This document shows positions 47,853-60,918 of a stretch of 64,000 nucleotides of DNA, piece by piece (the first letter of the stretch is position 1; every line of letters starts with the position of its first letter). Under the pieces are notes generated by a model. That model was given only the letters and a program-made list of their open reading frames with translations. It was not told the DNA's origin and did not search any database. Origin of the DNA: Heptranchias perlo. Its lineage: Eukaryota. The stretch lies in assembly GCF_035084215.1 (NCBI RefSeq), contig NC_090363.1, forward strand, positions 1,488,001 through 1,552,000. The letters run 5' to 3'. The position numbers and the translations under genes were made by a program.

Positions 47853-49573
47853 TCACTGGATTAATATCAAACCCCCCTTCACTGGATTAATATCAAACCC
47901 CCCTTCACTGGATTAATATCAAACCCCCCTTCACTGGATTAATATCAAACCCCCCTTCACTGGATTAATATCAAACCCCCCTTCACTGGATTAATATCAA
48001 AACCCCCTTCACTGGATTAATATCAAACCCCCCTTCACTGGATTAATATCAAACCCCCCTTCACTGGATTAATATCAAAACCCCCTTCACTGGATTAATA
48101 TCAAACCCCCCTTCACTGGATTAATATCAAACCCCCCTTCACTGGATTAATATCAAACCCCCCTTCACTGGATTAATATCAAAACCCCCCTTCACTGGAT
48201 TAATATCAAAACCCCCCTTCACTGGATTAATATCAAACCCCCCTTCACTGGATTAATATCAAAACCCCCCTTCACTGGATTAATATCAAACCCCCCTTCA
48301 CTGGATTAATATCAAACCCCCCTTCACTGGATTAATATCAAAACCCCCCTTCACTGGATTAATATCAAACCCCCCTTCACTGGATTAATATCAAACCCCC
48401 CTTCACTGGATTAATATCAAACCCCCCTTCACTGGATTAATATCAAAACCCCCCTTCACTGGATTAATATCAAACCCCCCTTCACTGGATTAATATCAAA
48501 CCCCCCTTCACTGGATTAATATCAAACCCCCCTTCACTGGATTAATATCAAACCCCCCTTCACTGGATTAATATCAAACCCCCCTTCACTGGATTAATAT
48601 CAAACCCCCCTTCACTGGATTAATATCAAACCCCCCTTCACTGGATTAATATCAAACTCCCCTTCACTGGATTAATATCAAACCCCCCTTCACTGGATTA
48701 ATATCAAACCCCCCTTCACTGGATTAATATCAAACCCCCCTTCACTGGATTAATATCAAACCCCCCTTCACTGGATTAATATCAAAACCCCCCTTCACTG
48801 GATTAATATCAAACCCCCCTTCACTGGATTAATATCAAACCCCCCTTCACTGGATTAATATCAAAACCCCCCTTCACTGGATTAATATCAAACCCCCCTT
48901 CACTGGATTAATATCAAACCCCCCTTCACTGGATTTATATCAAACCCCCCTTCACTGGATTTATATCAAACCCCCCTTCACTGGATTTATATCAAACCCC
49001 CCTTCACTGGATTAATATCAAAACCCCTTCACTGGATTTATATCAAAACCCCTCCACCACTGGATTTATATCAAAACCCCTCCACCACTGGATTTATAGC
49101 AAAACCCTTCACTGGATTTATATCTTCCCCCACTAGATTTATAGCAAAAAAACACCACTGGATTTATATCAAACCCCCCTTCACTGGATTTATAATATAA
49201 AAAACCCCACTGGATTTATAGCAAGAAAAACCCGACTGGATTTATATCAAAACCCCCTTCACTGGATCTACATCAACCCCCCCACCACTGGATTAATATC
49301 AAAACCCCTTCACTGGACTTATATCAAAACACCTTCACTGGATTTATATCAAAACCATTCACTGGATTTATATCAAACCCCCCCTTCACTGGATTTATAT
49401 ATATTTTTTAAAAACACTGGATTTATAGCAAGAAAAACCCCACTGGATTTATATCAAAACCCCCTTCACTGGATCTACATCAACTCCCCACCACTGGATT
49501 TATATCAAAACCCCATCACTGGATTTATATCAAAACCCCATCACTGGATTTATATCAAAACCCCGTCACTGGA
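47853..49573. repeat. 26-bp minisatellite (TCACTGGATTAATATCAAACCCCCCT), ~65 copies
   Basis: Homogeneous to ~49020, degenerate thereafter. Confidence 0.96.
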
Positions 49574-50264
49574 TGCTGGTAAAGTTGCTGAAGCAACAGA
49601 GAAACAGGGCAGCAGTTTTCAATGCACGCGGGGGCTGTTAAGCCGGCAAGGCCCAGAGTGGGTCAACAACAACTACTTGCATTTATTCAGCGCCTTTAAC
49701 GTAGTGAAACGTTCCAAGGTGCTTCACAGGAGCGTAAATCAGACAACATTTGACACCCAAGGAGACATTAGGACAGGTGACCACAAGCTCGGTCAAAGTT
49801 TGCATCGCTTGCCTGTTGTGGAACCTGCCTGACCCTCATCCCAAAGTTGCTCATTACCCCCGCCCCCCCCCCCATCCCCCGCAATGTCTCCACCACTGGT
49901 GGGCGTGAATATCACCTGTCCAAGGATTGTCCCCTCTACAATATTGCACCATAAAAATGAGAGTTTAGCTGAGGCACCACTTTAAAAGTATCCTCTGCAG
50001 TTTTAATACAAGATGGGCAGGTGGAGTAGAAGTGCTGGCACCAAAACACGAATAAAGCCAGTGTGAAGACAAAGCTTACGCAGTGCCCCAGCCGATCTCC
50101 AGAGGCAGTCCGCACACTGAAAGTCATGGGCAAGTGTAGACTTTGGGTGAGGTGGGGTCAGAGAGTAGGGCATAATTAGATCAGGGCAATTCAGCCCCCA
50201 TTTTAAAGTCCTTATTTTTATATATTTCCATTGTAAATTCCTAAATTGGTATTAGGAACGTTAG

Positions 50265-50610
50265 GGACAGGAACAGGAGGAGGCCATTCAGCCCCTCAAG
50301 CCATTCAATCCGATCACGGCTGATCTGCACCTCGACTCCATTTACCCGCCTTTGCTCCAATATCCCATGATACCCTCACCCAACAAAAATCTATTGCTCT
50401 CAGTCTTGAAAATGTCAAATGAACCCCAGCATCCCCAGCCTTTTCGGGGAGAGAGTTCCAGATTTCTACGACCCTTAGTGTGGAAAAAGTGCTTCCTGAT
50501 TTCCCTCTTGAATGGCCTACTTCTAATTTTAAGTCTACTCCCCCTTGTTTTGGATTCCCCCCACCAGAGGAAATAGTTTCTCCGTATCTGCTTGATCAAA
50601 TCCTTTTAAC
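50265..50610 (-). mobile_element. Degenerate CR1 3' end
   Basis: ESKTRGSRLKIRSRPFKREIRKHFF remnant. Confidence 0.75.
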
Positions 50611-50676
50611 ATTTATAATGGGAATTGGCTATGTCGACTTGTCACACTATAATTGTGACACTATAATTCCACATCG

Positions 50677-50715
50677 TTCACCTGAGGAAGGAGGTAGCCT
50701 CCGAAAGCTTGTGAA
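50677..50715 (+). ncRNA. Minimal type-I hammerhead ribozyme motif within a 95-bp Penelope-derived insert (50669-50763)
   Basis: ttcac-CTGAGGA-a-ggagg(tag)cctcc-GAAA-gc-TT-gtgaa: 5-bp stems I and II, palindromic stem III. Confidence 0.7.
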
Positions 50716-51326
50716 TTTAAAATAAAATTGCTGGACTATAACTTGGTGTTGTAAAATTGTTTTACACTATAATTGCACCCTCCTGCCAGAGGTGCCACCA
50801 CTGTGGGGAGGGATGATGCAATTGCAGAGTGACAAGTTTATGTTGGCGGATGCCATTATAAATGTGGACATAGGAATTTATAATGGGGAAACGTCAACAG
50901 GAAGTGAGTGCAGACGTAAGATTTTTAATTGGCGATGGATAGAATATTAAAACGACAAAGTGCTCTAAAAATGTTACTTCAATTGCTGTTTACGAACTGT
51001 TTTCTACAGTGAAAGCACTGTTTCCCCCTGGGCAGCTGACACTTGTACAGAAGTTGGCCAGAATCTTCTAAGAGTGTGCTGTTAATCGCACAGGGTGACC
51101 GGGAGTGGGTCAGTATTTGCGAGGGGTTCCTTCCCCTCTCTCCCCACGCCCCCACCCACCGATAAGTTTAAACACGTCTGAAATACAGATGAGCGATGAA
51201 AACACTGGCAGTGTCTTCTGACGATGTTAGTGATCAAACACTGAAGGCCTCTGGTATCTCTGTTACTTTGCTGAAGGCATTTTAAACAAACGGGTTCAGA
51301 CTTCTGTTCAAATAAATAAAAAAGAT

Positions 51327-52200
51327 TTGCATTTCTATCGCACCTTTCACAACCTCAGGACGTCCCAAAGTGATTTGCAGTCAATGAAGTACTTTTGAAG
51401 GGTAGTCACTGTTGCAATGTCGGAAACACAGCAGCCAATTTGTGCACAGCAAGATCCCACAAACAGCGATGCGATAATGACCAGGTCATCTGTTTTAAAG
51501 ATGTTGGCTGAGAGATAAATATTGGCCCCGGGACGCCAGGGAGAACTCCCCTGCTCTTCTTCGAAATAGTGTTGTGGGATCTTTTACGTCCACCCAAGAG
51601 CAGAGGGGGGCCTTGGTTTAACATCCGAAAGACGGCACCTCAGACAGTGCAGCACTCCCTCAGTACTGCCCCTCCAACTGAGGGAGCGCTGCACTGTCGG
51701 AGGGTCAGTACTGAGGGAGCGCTGCACTGTCGGAGGGTCAGTACTGAGGGAGTTCTGCACTGTCAGAGGGGCAGTACTGAGGGAGCGCTGCACTGTCAGA
51801 GGGTCAGTACTGAGGGAGTTCTGCACTGTCAGAGGGGCAGTACTGAGGGAGCGCTGCACTGTCGGAGGGGCAGTACTGAGGGAGCGCTGCCCTGTCGGAG
51901 GGTCAGTACTGAGGGAGCGCTGCCCTGTCGGAGGGTCAGTACTGAGGGAGCGCTGCACTGTCGGAGGGTCAGTACTGAGGGAGCGCTGCACTGTCGGAGG
52001 GGCAGTACTGAGGGAGCGCTGCCCTGTCGGAGGGTCAGTACTGAGGGAGCGCTGCACTGTCGGAGGGTCAGTACTGAGGGAGCGCTGCACTGTCGGAGGG
52101 TCAGTACCGAGGGAGCGCTGCACTGTCGGAGGGTCAGTACTGAGGGAGCGCTGCACTGTCGGAGGGGCAGTACTGAGGGAGCGCCGCACTGTCGGAGGGG
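51327..52200. mobile_element. SINE (minus, 51327-51675) followed by an inverted 33-bp SINE-derived array (~16 copies)
   Basis: The array unit is the reverse complement of the unit at 42413-42810. Confidence 0.88.
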
Positions 52201-52234
52201 ATTCATTATTAGCCTCTGCAAGTGGAATATTGGT

Positions 52235-52535
52235 AACCCGCGACCTCCACTACCTAGAAGGACAAGGGCAGCAGGTACATGGGAACAACACCACCTGCAC
52301 GTTCCCCTCCAAGTCACACACCATCCCGACTTGGAAATATATCGCCGTTCCTTCATCGTCGCTGGGTCAAAATCCTGGAACTCCCTTCCTAACAGCACTG
52401 TGGGAGAACCTTCACCAGACGGACTGCAGCGGTTCAAGAAGGCGGCTCACCACCACCTTCTCAAGGGCAATTAGGGATGGGCAATAAATGCCAGCCTCAC
52501 CAGCGACGCCCGCATCCTGAAGAATGATATATAAA
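52235..52535 (+). mobile_element. LINE 3' end ('HHHLLKGN' family)
   Basis: Matches the other copies. Confidence 0.88.
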
Positions 52536-52599
52536 AAGATAAGATGGTGGTCAATTTCACAAAACATTAAAAGTAAAAACCCAAGTGGAAACGGTCATT

Positions 52600-53215
52600 A
52601 AAAAATAATTAATGGAATCCTGGCTTTTATGGTGAGAGGTGCAGAATATAAAAGTCGAGATATAACGGTGAATCTACTTAAAAACCTCAGTGAGGCCCAG
52701 TTTTGGGCTCCTCACTATTGGGAAGGGTGTTGAGGTAATCGAGAGGGGACAAGACAGAGTCACTCGGATTCTGCCTGGAATGAGGAACGACAAATAGTTG
52801 TGGGAAAATTGGGGCTGTTTTCTTTGGAAGAGAAGGGATTAAATGGTGAGATTTGATGGAGGTGTTTAAAATTATGAGGGGATGGGTCAGAGTAGATAGA
52901 AAGAGTCTGTTTCCAGTGATTGAGGGGGTCGAGAATTGAAGGGGCCATTGATATAAGATTGAGTGTAAGAGATTTAGGACAGAGAGCAGGAGAAACATTT
53001 TTCACACAGAGACTGTGGAATTCCCAGAGTGAGTGACTGAAGCAGAGACCAGGTCATCATTGAAGAATGGGTTAGATTGGTGTTTGAAGGACAGGGGAAT
53101 AAAGGGATCTGGGAACAGGGTGGGTGGATGGGATTAGGGCCCTGCTGGAGTGGAGGATAAACACCAATTCAGACTGGTTTTGCCAAGTGTCCTATTTCTG
53201 TGTTGCTCCTATTAT
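52600..53215 (+). mobile_element. Old CR1 3' fragment
   Basis: Degenerate collinear match to the CR1 ORF2 C-terminus and UTR. Confidence 0.6.
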
Positions 53216-53904
53216 TTCATGATTAATACTCTGTCCAATGGTATTGCTACTATTAGGGGGCCTATAAATTACCCCCACCAGTGTTTTCTGCCCCTTGTTA
53301 TTTTTAATTTCCACCCAGACTGATTCTACTTCCTGATCTTCCAAGCCGAGATCCTTTCTCACCTCTGTCCTTATATTATCAGGGCTGCACCCCGTCCTTT
53401 TCCATTCTGCCTGTCTTTTCTAAAGGTCACGTACCCTGGAATATTTAGCTCCCAACCTTGGTCACTTTGCAATCGGGGTTTGGCAGTGATCGTAACACTG
53501 TAAATCTAACTCTCCAGGTTGACACCGAGCGAATGGTGGTGATTCAGGCAATGAAGCTACTGCCATGGGTGACACTCCCAACATTGCCCACTGTCTTCAG
53601 GAGAGCAGGGTGGGAACTGGAAGTGGAGAATTAAACGTATAAAACTGTGTTTGGTTATGTGGATATGCTAATGATTGGTCCAGTAATGAGGCAGTTAAAG
53701 CATTATCCAGATAGAATTATCACCACCCTAAAATACCAGAGTTTCGAAACTGTGAGCCAATTCTACATATCTGGGCGTATCTCGTCCTGTTTGGTTTCAC
53801 GTGTTGCTCTCCTGCAATAATTATCAACTTTTAAATTCTGAATACGGCCATTAACTGAGGTGGAAAGTATGTGGGTGTGATTATTGGCAGTTCCCAGTCA
53901 ACAA

Positions 53905-54228
53905 ATTGCATTTATGCTGCACTTTTAACGTAGTGAGACATCCCCAAGGAGCTTCACAGGAGAGTAAATCAGACAAAATTTGACACCGAGCCACGTAAGG
54001 AGATATTAGGACAGGTGACCAAAAGCTTGGTCAAAGAGGTAGATTTTAAGGAGCGTCTTAAAGCAGGAGAGAGAGGCGGAGAGGTTTAGGGAGGGAATTC
54101 CAGAGCTCAGGGCCCAGGCAGCTGAAGGCACGGCCGCCAATGGTGGAGCGATTAAAATCGGGGGATGCGCAAGAGGCCAGAATTGGAGGAGCGCGGAGAT
54201 CTCGGAGGGTTGTAGGGCTGGAGGAGGA
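53905..54228 (-). mobile_element. L2-like LINE 3' end
   Basis: Reverse complement of 38020-38340. Confidence 0.85.
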
Positions 54229-54829
54229 ACGATCCCTTAATCGCTCATTAAGGTTTGGATTGTCTCATTCGTGTTGCTCAAGGTGTCAGTTGGTTTCACA
54301 GGCAGTGATCTTATTGCACCCCAATGGAATGGGCTGGGGAGGCATTCAGGGTTGGAACAGATGATTCAATCAGGGATTAAATCACATTTGCTCATGTCCA
54401 ACACCTGATGTTTAATATTTAACTGCTGGAGTCAAGTCACTGATGTTCCAGGAGTTTCACAACTCAGACAGTTGTTTAGATCCTTTTCTTTCTGGGACCT
54501 TTTTATTTTGCCTTCCGTCCAAACATACAAAAATAAAGGATGGTAGAAGATCATCCTGCCTGTCCCACACCGTCCTGGTTACAACAACTTACGCACACCA
54601 TGATCCCCATCTGAGACCCCCCCTCCCGCGTCCCCACCAACCCAGCCATGCAATCTCCTGCGAGAGGGAAAGAAACTTCAATCAACTTAGGAGATTCCTC
54701 TGCAACCCCTGAGAGGGAAGAGACAAGTTCCAGGGGCCCACAGTGACTGGGAGACACAACTCCTCCAGTACCCACCCACCTTTTATTTGTAGTTATGTCG
54801 GCCACTCTCAGCAATTGGCCCAGCTGCCT

Positions 54830-55590
54830 TCTGAACGTTTGCAGTGAGTCCGTATTCACCACGCGAGCCAGAAACTCGTTCCATTGGTTGCCAACTTTCT
54901 GTCACCTGACCTTGCATGGCGTGAATGTTACCTGTCACTTGTTGCCCAAGTCTGGTTATCCAGGTCCTACTGTAGGCTGGCAGGGGCTGTCTCATTATCT
55001 GAGGGGTTGCAAATGGAACTGAACACTGTGCAATCATCAGTGATCACCCCCACTTCTGACCTTATGATGGAGGGAAGGTCATTGATGAAGCAGCTGAAGA
55101 TGGTTGGGCCTAGGACACTGCCCTGAGGAACTCCTGCAGCAATGTCCTGGGGCTGCGATGATTGGCCTCTAACAACCACTACCATCTTCCTTTGTGCGAG
55201 GTATGACTCCAGCCACTGGAGAGTTTTCTCCCTGATTCCCATTGACTTCAGTTCCACAAGGGATCCTCGATGCCACACTCGGTCAAATGCTGCCTTGATA
55301 TTGAGGGCAGCTACTCTCACCTCACTTCTGGCATCGCTCTTGTGTCCATGTTTGGACCAAGGCTGTGAGGAGGTCTGGACCTGGTGGTCTGACTAAGGGT
55401 CATAGAGTACATGTTCCTTGATGGCACCGTTGGTAACTCCTTCTATCTCTTCAATGATGACGGGGAGAAGGTTAATAGGGTGGGAATTGGGCCAGGTTGG
55501 ATTTAACCTGTTTTCTGTCGATAGGACATACCTGGGCAATCGTCCATATTGTCGAGTAGATGCCAGTGTCGCAGCTGCTCTGGAACAGAT
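54830..55590 (-). mobile_element. LINE RT fragment ('HHHLLKGN' family)
   Basis: [23 protein letters not shown] and DDCTVF remnants. Confidence 0.85.
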
Positions 55591-56303
55591 TGACTGGGGG
55601 ACGGCTCTCTCTGGAACAGCTGGACTAGGGGACCAACTAGCTCTGGAACAGATTGACGAGGGGACCTGCTCTCTCTCTGGAACAGATTGACGAGGGGACC
55701 TGCCCTCTCTGGAACAGATTGACGAGGGGACCTGCTCTCTCTCTGGAACAGATTGATGAGGGGACCTGCCCTCTCTGGAACAGATTGACTGGGGGACCTG
55801 CCCTCTCTGGAACAGATTGACGAGGGGACCTGCCCTCTCTGGAACAGATTGACGAGGGGACCTGCTCTCTCTCTGGAACAGATTGACTGGGGGACCTGCC
55901 CTCTCTGGAACAGATTGACGAGGGGACCTGCCCTCTCTGGAACAGATTGACGAGGGGACCTGCTCTCTCTGGAACAGGTTGACGAGGGGACCAACTCTCT
56001 CTCTGGAACAGATTGACTGGGGGACCTGCTCTCTCTGGAACAGATTGACGAGGGGACCTGCCCTCTCTGGAACAGATTGACGAGGGGACCTGCCCTCTCT
56101 GGAACAGATTGACGAGGGGACCTGCCCTCTCTGGAACAGATTGACTGGGGGACCTGCTCTCTCTGGAACAGATTGACTGGGGGACCAACTCTCTCTGGAA
56201 CAGATTGACTGGGGGACCTGCCCTCTCTGGAACAGATTGACGAGGCGACCTGCTCTCTCTGGAACAGATTGACTGGGGGACCTGCTCTCTCTGGAACAGG
56301 TTG
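55578..56303. repeat. ~32-36-bp minisatellite (CTCTGGAACAGATTGACGAGGGGACCTGCCCT) at the LINE truncation point
   Basis: About 21 copies. Confidence 0.92.
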
Positions 56304-56662
56304 ATGATCCTGAAAATGACGTTATTCCTGCTGCTCTCTTAAATACCTCGGCGGGGATATTCTGCCTCAGTGCCCCGGTGAGCGCTAGGAACACGAATCG
56401 GGAAATGTTACATCCCTCAACCTCGAGGTGAGGAATTTCCTGAGCGCTGGAGTTCTCATCGCTCAGTCACCTTACAGGCCCCTCTTTAAACTTATGTTTT
56501 CCCCTCTAGTATCATGGTATCATAGTAAGGTACTGCACAGGAGGAGGCTATTCGGCCCATCGTGCCAGTGCTGGCTCTTTGAAGGAGCTATCCAATTAGT
56601 CCCATTCCCCTGCTCTTTCCCCGTAGCCCTGTAGCAGTAGCCAGAAACGTGGCTGATTCTTG

Positions 56663-56892
56663 GGGGTGATTTTAACCCCCAAGAACAGGTGGGTTGGGGG
56701 CGAAAATAGTTGTTTTTTGGGTCGTGACCACAACCCGGCTTTATTTCCGGGTTTATCTTGGCCGCGTAAAAGTCCAGGCTTCCCACTGGGAATGCAAAGT
56801 CGGAAAATTTTGCGGTCGCGATCCAAAAAAAACAACTATTTTCAGCTCCCACCCGCCCCAACCCACCCGTTCTTGAGGGTTAAAATCACCCC
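56663..56892. mobile_element. Complete MITE with long imperfect TIRs
   Basis: GGGGTGATTTTAACCC...GGGTTAAAATCACCCC, flanked by the direct repeat CTTG. Confidence 0.85.
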
Positions 56893-57359
56893 CTTGCTCT
56901 CCCTGACGCTGTGGCCTGGCTGAGCCCAGTGTGCCCTTAAGGTTAGAACAAGCAGATTCTCCCCTGGCGGCCTGTGCTCTCTCTGGCCATCATTTCGATG
57001 ATGCATCGCGATGCAGGAGCAAATCGCAATGTTACAGTAACAATACCGCCGAGGTACTAAGAGCAATATTAATGTAGCTTTAATCTTTCATACTGCTAAA
57101 ATAAAGGGGGCAGGACTTGCTGCTTCTGTTATGCAGCTCCCCCCCCCCGGGGTGATCCAAACGAAACGGGCTGGGAAATTATTCGGGACAGAATCCGTGG
57201 GTTCCCCACTTGTCCCTGCTGCAATTCTGCCAGAAATGGCATCTGCGTTTAGGAGCTTTGCCCAAATATGGGCAGCTCTATCATAATTAGATGCAAATGA
57301 TGACTACAAGCTACGTGACATATTCCCTGATTGAGTTACATCGAGTTACAGCGAAACTA

Positions 57360-58000
57360 CAGCACAGAAACAGGCCATTCGGCCCAACTGCTCCATGCTG
57401 GTGTTTATGCTCCACACGAGCCTCCTCCCTCCCTATCAGCATATCCTTCTGTTCCTTTCTCCCTCATGTGTTTATCCAGTTTCCCCTTAAATGCATCTAT
57501 GCTATTCACCTCAACCACTCCTTGTGGGAGCGAGTTCCACATTCTCACCACTCTCTGGGTAAAGAAGTTTCTCCTGAATTCCCTATTGGATTTATTAGTG
57601 ACTATCTTATAATGATGACCTTTTTTGCACCCTCTCCAGTGCCTCTATATCCTTTCTATAATATGGTGACCAGAATTGAGCACAATACTCCAGGTGTGGT
57701 CTAACCAAGGTTCTATACAAGTTTAACATAACTTCTCTGCTTTTCAATTCTATCCCTCTAGAAATGAACCCCAGTGCTTGGTTTACTTTTTTATGGCCTT
57801 ATTAACCTGCACCCTTTTAGTGATTTGTGTATCTGTACCCCAGATCCCTCTGCTCCTCCATCCCATTCAGACTCTTATTATCCAAGCAGTATGAGGCCCC
57901 CTTATTTTTCCTACCAAAATGCACCGCCTCAGATTTATCTAGATTGAAATTCATTTGCCAATTACACGCCCATTCTGCGTGTTTATTAATGTCCTTTTTG
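57360..58000 (-). mobile_element. CR1 fragment
   Basis: Collinear with CR1 3' sequences at 34240-35260 and 5800-6170. Confidence 0.75.
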
Positions 58001-58814
58001 CATTTTGACGATTTCCTTCCTTCGCATGAAGCAAGTGAGCTTCTAATGTTTGGGCACTGAGGGAAGGACAGCCGGGCCTTAACTCCAAGGCTGTGACGTG
58101 ATGAGCTACCAGAGGCTCCTCGCAGCCAGAACTAAGCACCCTTCAGAGTGCACGTGCCGAGTTTCATTAGTTTGCTGTTATACGTTGTCTCAAAACAGAA
58201 TCGACTGAGTGTCTGTGTGACGGCCCACAGCCTCTAAGGGTCAAAAGGAGCCCCGTGAATCCCCAACAAACGTGCCTCCACCCGGGGCCTTGGGAGGAGC
58301 CTTCACCCTGGGCACATGTGGTCGGGTTGGACGGTTGGTGGAGACTGACTGGTGCCTGTGGAACTGTACCCCACCTTCAAGGGACGAGCGCAGGAGGCAA
58401 AATTGGTGGAGGTTTTAGCTGCATTTCAGTGCTGTGCAGATTAAAAGAAGCGCTGCTGCCAGTAGGGAACGGTGTAGTAGATTAATGTGTTTACAAAGCA
58501 TGTCTCAAGAGCATGACACAATGCCTGAGGTTAGGGCTATTAGAATTTTTCAGCTGCTTTTGTTGTGATGCATGTGTGTGGAGATTAGCTGCTCCCTATA
58601 TATAGTCTTCAGACAGACACAACAAGTGTAGTGCAGCGTTTGAACATAAAGGTAAGGCTGTATCACTCCCTCTTATCTCTCTTTCAATGTCTCAGCGTCA
58701 TGTTCACTTTATTTAACGGCACGGTTGTTCCTTCTTAACTGATGAATAGTAGGAAGTTCGGGGGGGCCATCCCTCACTATCTGACAGCGGTGAGTCAATG
58801 GCCCATGTACACTT

Positions 58815-60105
58815 TTCACAGGGTGGCTGTCAGGATAGGCTGTCAACCAGTGTCTATTATAAGCCCACCGACTCCCACAGCTACCCTGATTACACTTTCT
58901 CCCTCCCCGCTTCCTGTAAGGACTCTATTCCCTTCTCCCAGTTTCTCTGTCTCTGTCGCATCTGTTCTGACACCACCTTCCACACCAGTGCTTCCGATAT
59001 TCTTCCTTTTTCCTCACCCGAGGATTCCCCTCCACTGTAGTTGACGGGGCCCTCGACCGTGTCCGTCCTATTTCCCACACTTCTGCCCTCACCCCTTCCT
59101 CTCCCTCCCAGCACCATGATAGGGTCCCCCTTGTCCTCACCTTCCTTCCCCCCAGCCTCCATATTCACCGCATCATCCTCTGCCATTTCCGCCACCTCCA
59201 GCTCAATCCCACCACCAAACACGTCTTCCCCCCCCCTCCCCTTTCAGTATTCCGAAGGGACCGCTCTCTCCGCGACACCCTGGCCCACTCTTCCAACACC
59301 CCCAACACCCGCTCTCCTCCCCACGGCACCTTCCCGTGTGAGCGCAGGACAAGCAACACCTGCCCCTTCACCTCCTCCCTTCCCACCGTCCAGGGCCCCA
59401 AACACTCCCTCCAGTTGAAACAGTGATTTACTTGTACTTTCAGTTTATTATACTGTATTCACTGCTCACGATGCGGTCCCCTCTACACTGAGGAGACCAA
59501 ACGCAGATTGGGTGATCGATTTGCTGAACACCTCCTCTGTCCGCAAGTGTGACCCTGACCTGCTGGTCACTTGCCATTTTAATTCCCCCTCCCATCCCCA
59601 CTCTGTCCTCTCTGACCTCGGCCTCTTACACTGTTCTAATGAAGCTCAATGTAAGCTCGAGGAACAGCACCTCATCTTTCATTTAGACACTTTACAACCT
59701 TCCGGACTCAACACTGATTTCAATAACTTCAGATCAGAACCACTGCTCCCATTTTTTCAGTCAGCAGGTGCTGGTAATGGTTCTGCTGCTGCCGTTTACA
59801 GCTCCTCTAGACCAATCTTTTGTTTCTTAACCTGTCCCATTACCACCCTCCTTGCCTTGCACCATCATCCCTTTTGTCATTTAATCACTCATGCCCTCCA
59901 CCCTATCACAGACCCTCCCTTTTGTTCTTTCCTCCCCTCTCCTCCCTCCCCCACTTTCCCTGGCTCTGCACTTGCTCAAAAACTTTAACTCTTTTAACAT
60001 CTCCCAGTTCTGACGAAAGGTCCTCGACCTGAAACATTAACTCTGTTTCTCTCTCCACAGATGGCGCCTCACTCGCTGAGCTTCTCCAGTATTTTCTGTT
60101 TTTAT
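58815..60105 (+). mobile_element. Penelope-like retroelement fragment (RT thumb + GIY-YIG endonuclease, degenerate)
   Basis: YYKPTDSHSY, IPFSQFL, YCIHCSRCGPLY.EETKRRLGDRFAEH, CHFNSPSH, LEEQHLIFHLDTLQPSGLN. Confidence 0.85.
60006..60042 (+). ncRNA. Minimal type-I hammerhead ribozyme motif in the Penelope 3' terminus
   Basis: agtt-CTGACGA-a-aggtc(ctc)gacct-GAAA-ca-TT-aact. Stem III reads ACAT, one change from the palindrome ACGT. Confidence 0.6.
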
Positions 60106-60410
60106 TATACTCTACACAGGTACGTTCATACAATCGATTCATTTTTATTTTTGATTTAATTTTGTTAAAAGGAAAATTAGACGCTTCTGAAAAAAGATAG
60201 CAATTGAAAGATAGTCCCTAACAAAGCCTCCTCCTGGTTGCTTCTGCCTGTAATTATGCTGCTACGGAGTGGCAGTATAACTCCAGGTTCTGATCCCACT
60301 CCGACTCCAGCACTGTGAGATCGCTTTGCTTGCGTGCAACACTGCTCAAAGTCCAACTCCAGTTTCAGAAGTGCTGGAGGGCAGCATGAGTCAGATTCTC
60401 AGTGAGAACC

Positions 60411-60918
60411 GTGAACCCGTGCTGTGGGTAGCAGAGATCAGTACCTGCAGTATAACTGCGGTCTCAGTCGAAACGAGTCAGAGCCGGCCGTGAACCCGTG
60501 CTGTGGGTATCAGAGAGATCAGTACCTGCAGTATAACTGCGGTCTCAGTCGAAACGAGTCAGAGCCGGCCGTGAACCCGTGCTGTGGGTATCAGAGAGAT
60601 CAGTACCTGCAGTATAACTGCGGTCTCAGTCGAAACGAGTCAGAGCCGGCCGTGAACCCGTGCTGTGGGTAGCAGAGATCAGTACCTGCAGTATAACTGC
60701 GGTCTCAGTCGAAACGAGTCAGAGCCGGCCGTGAACCCGTGCTGTGGGTATCAGAGAGATCAGTACCTGCAGTATAACTGCGGTCTCAGTCGAAACGAGT
60801 CAGAGCCGGCCGTGAACCCGTGCTGTGGGTATCAGAGAGATCAGTACCTGCAGTATAACTGCGGTCTCAGTCGAAACGAGTCAGAGCCGGCCGTGAACCC
60901 GTGCTGTGGGTATCAGAG
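60411..60918. repeat. 79/81-bp tandem repeat, ~6 copies
   Basis: GTGAACCCGTGCTGTGGGTATCAGAGAGATCAGTACCTGCAGTATAACTGCGGTCTCAGTCGAAACGAGTCAGAGCCGGCC. Confidence 0.95.

Noticed and set aside
55393-56394. 333-aa minus-strand ORF
   Set aside because: Minisatellite fused to a degenerate LINE ORF2 segment.
8053-60918. CRISPR-like arrays among the regular repeats
   Set aside because: Units are contiguous with no unique spacers; vertebrate context; no cas genes.
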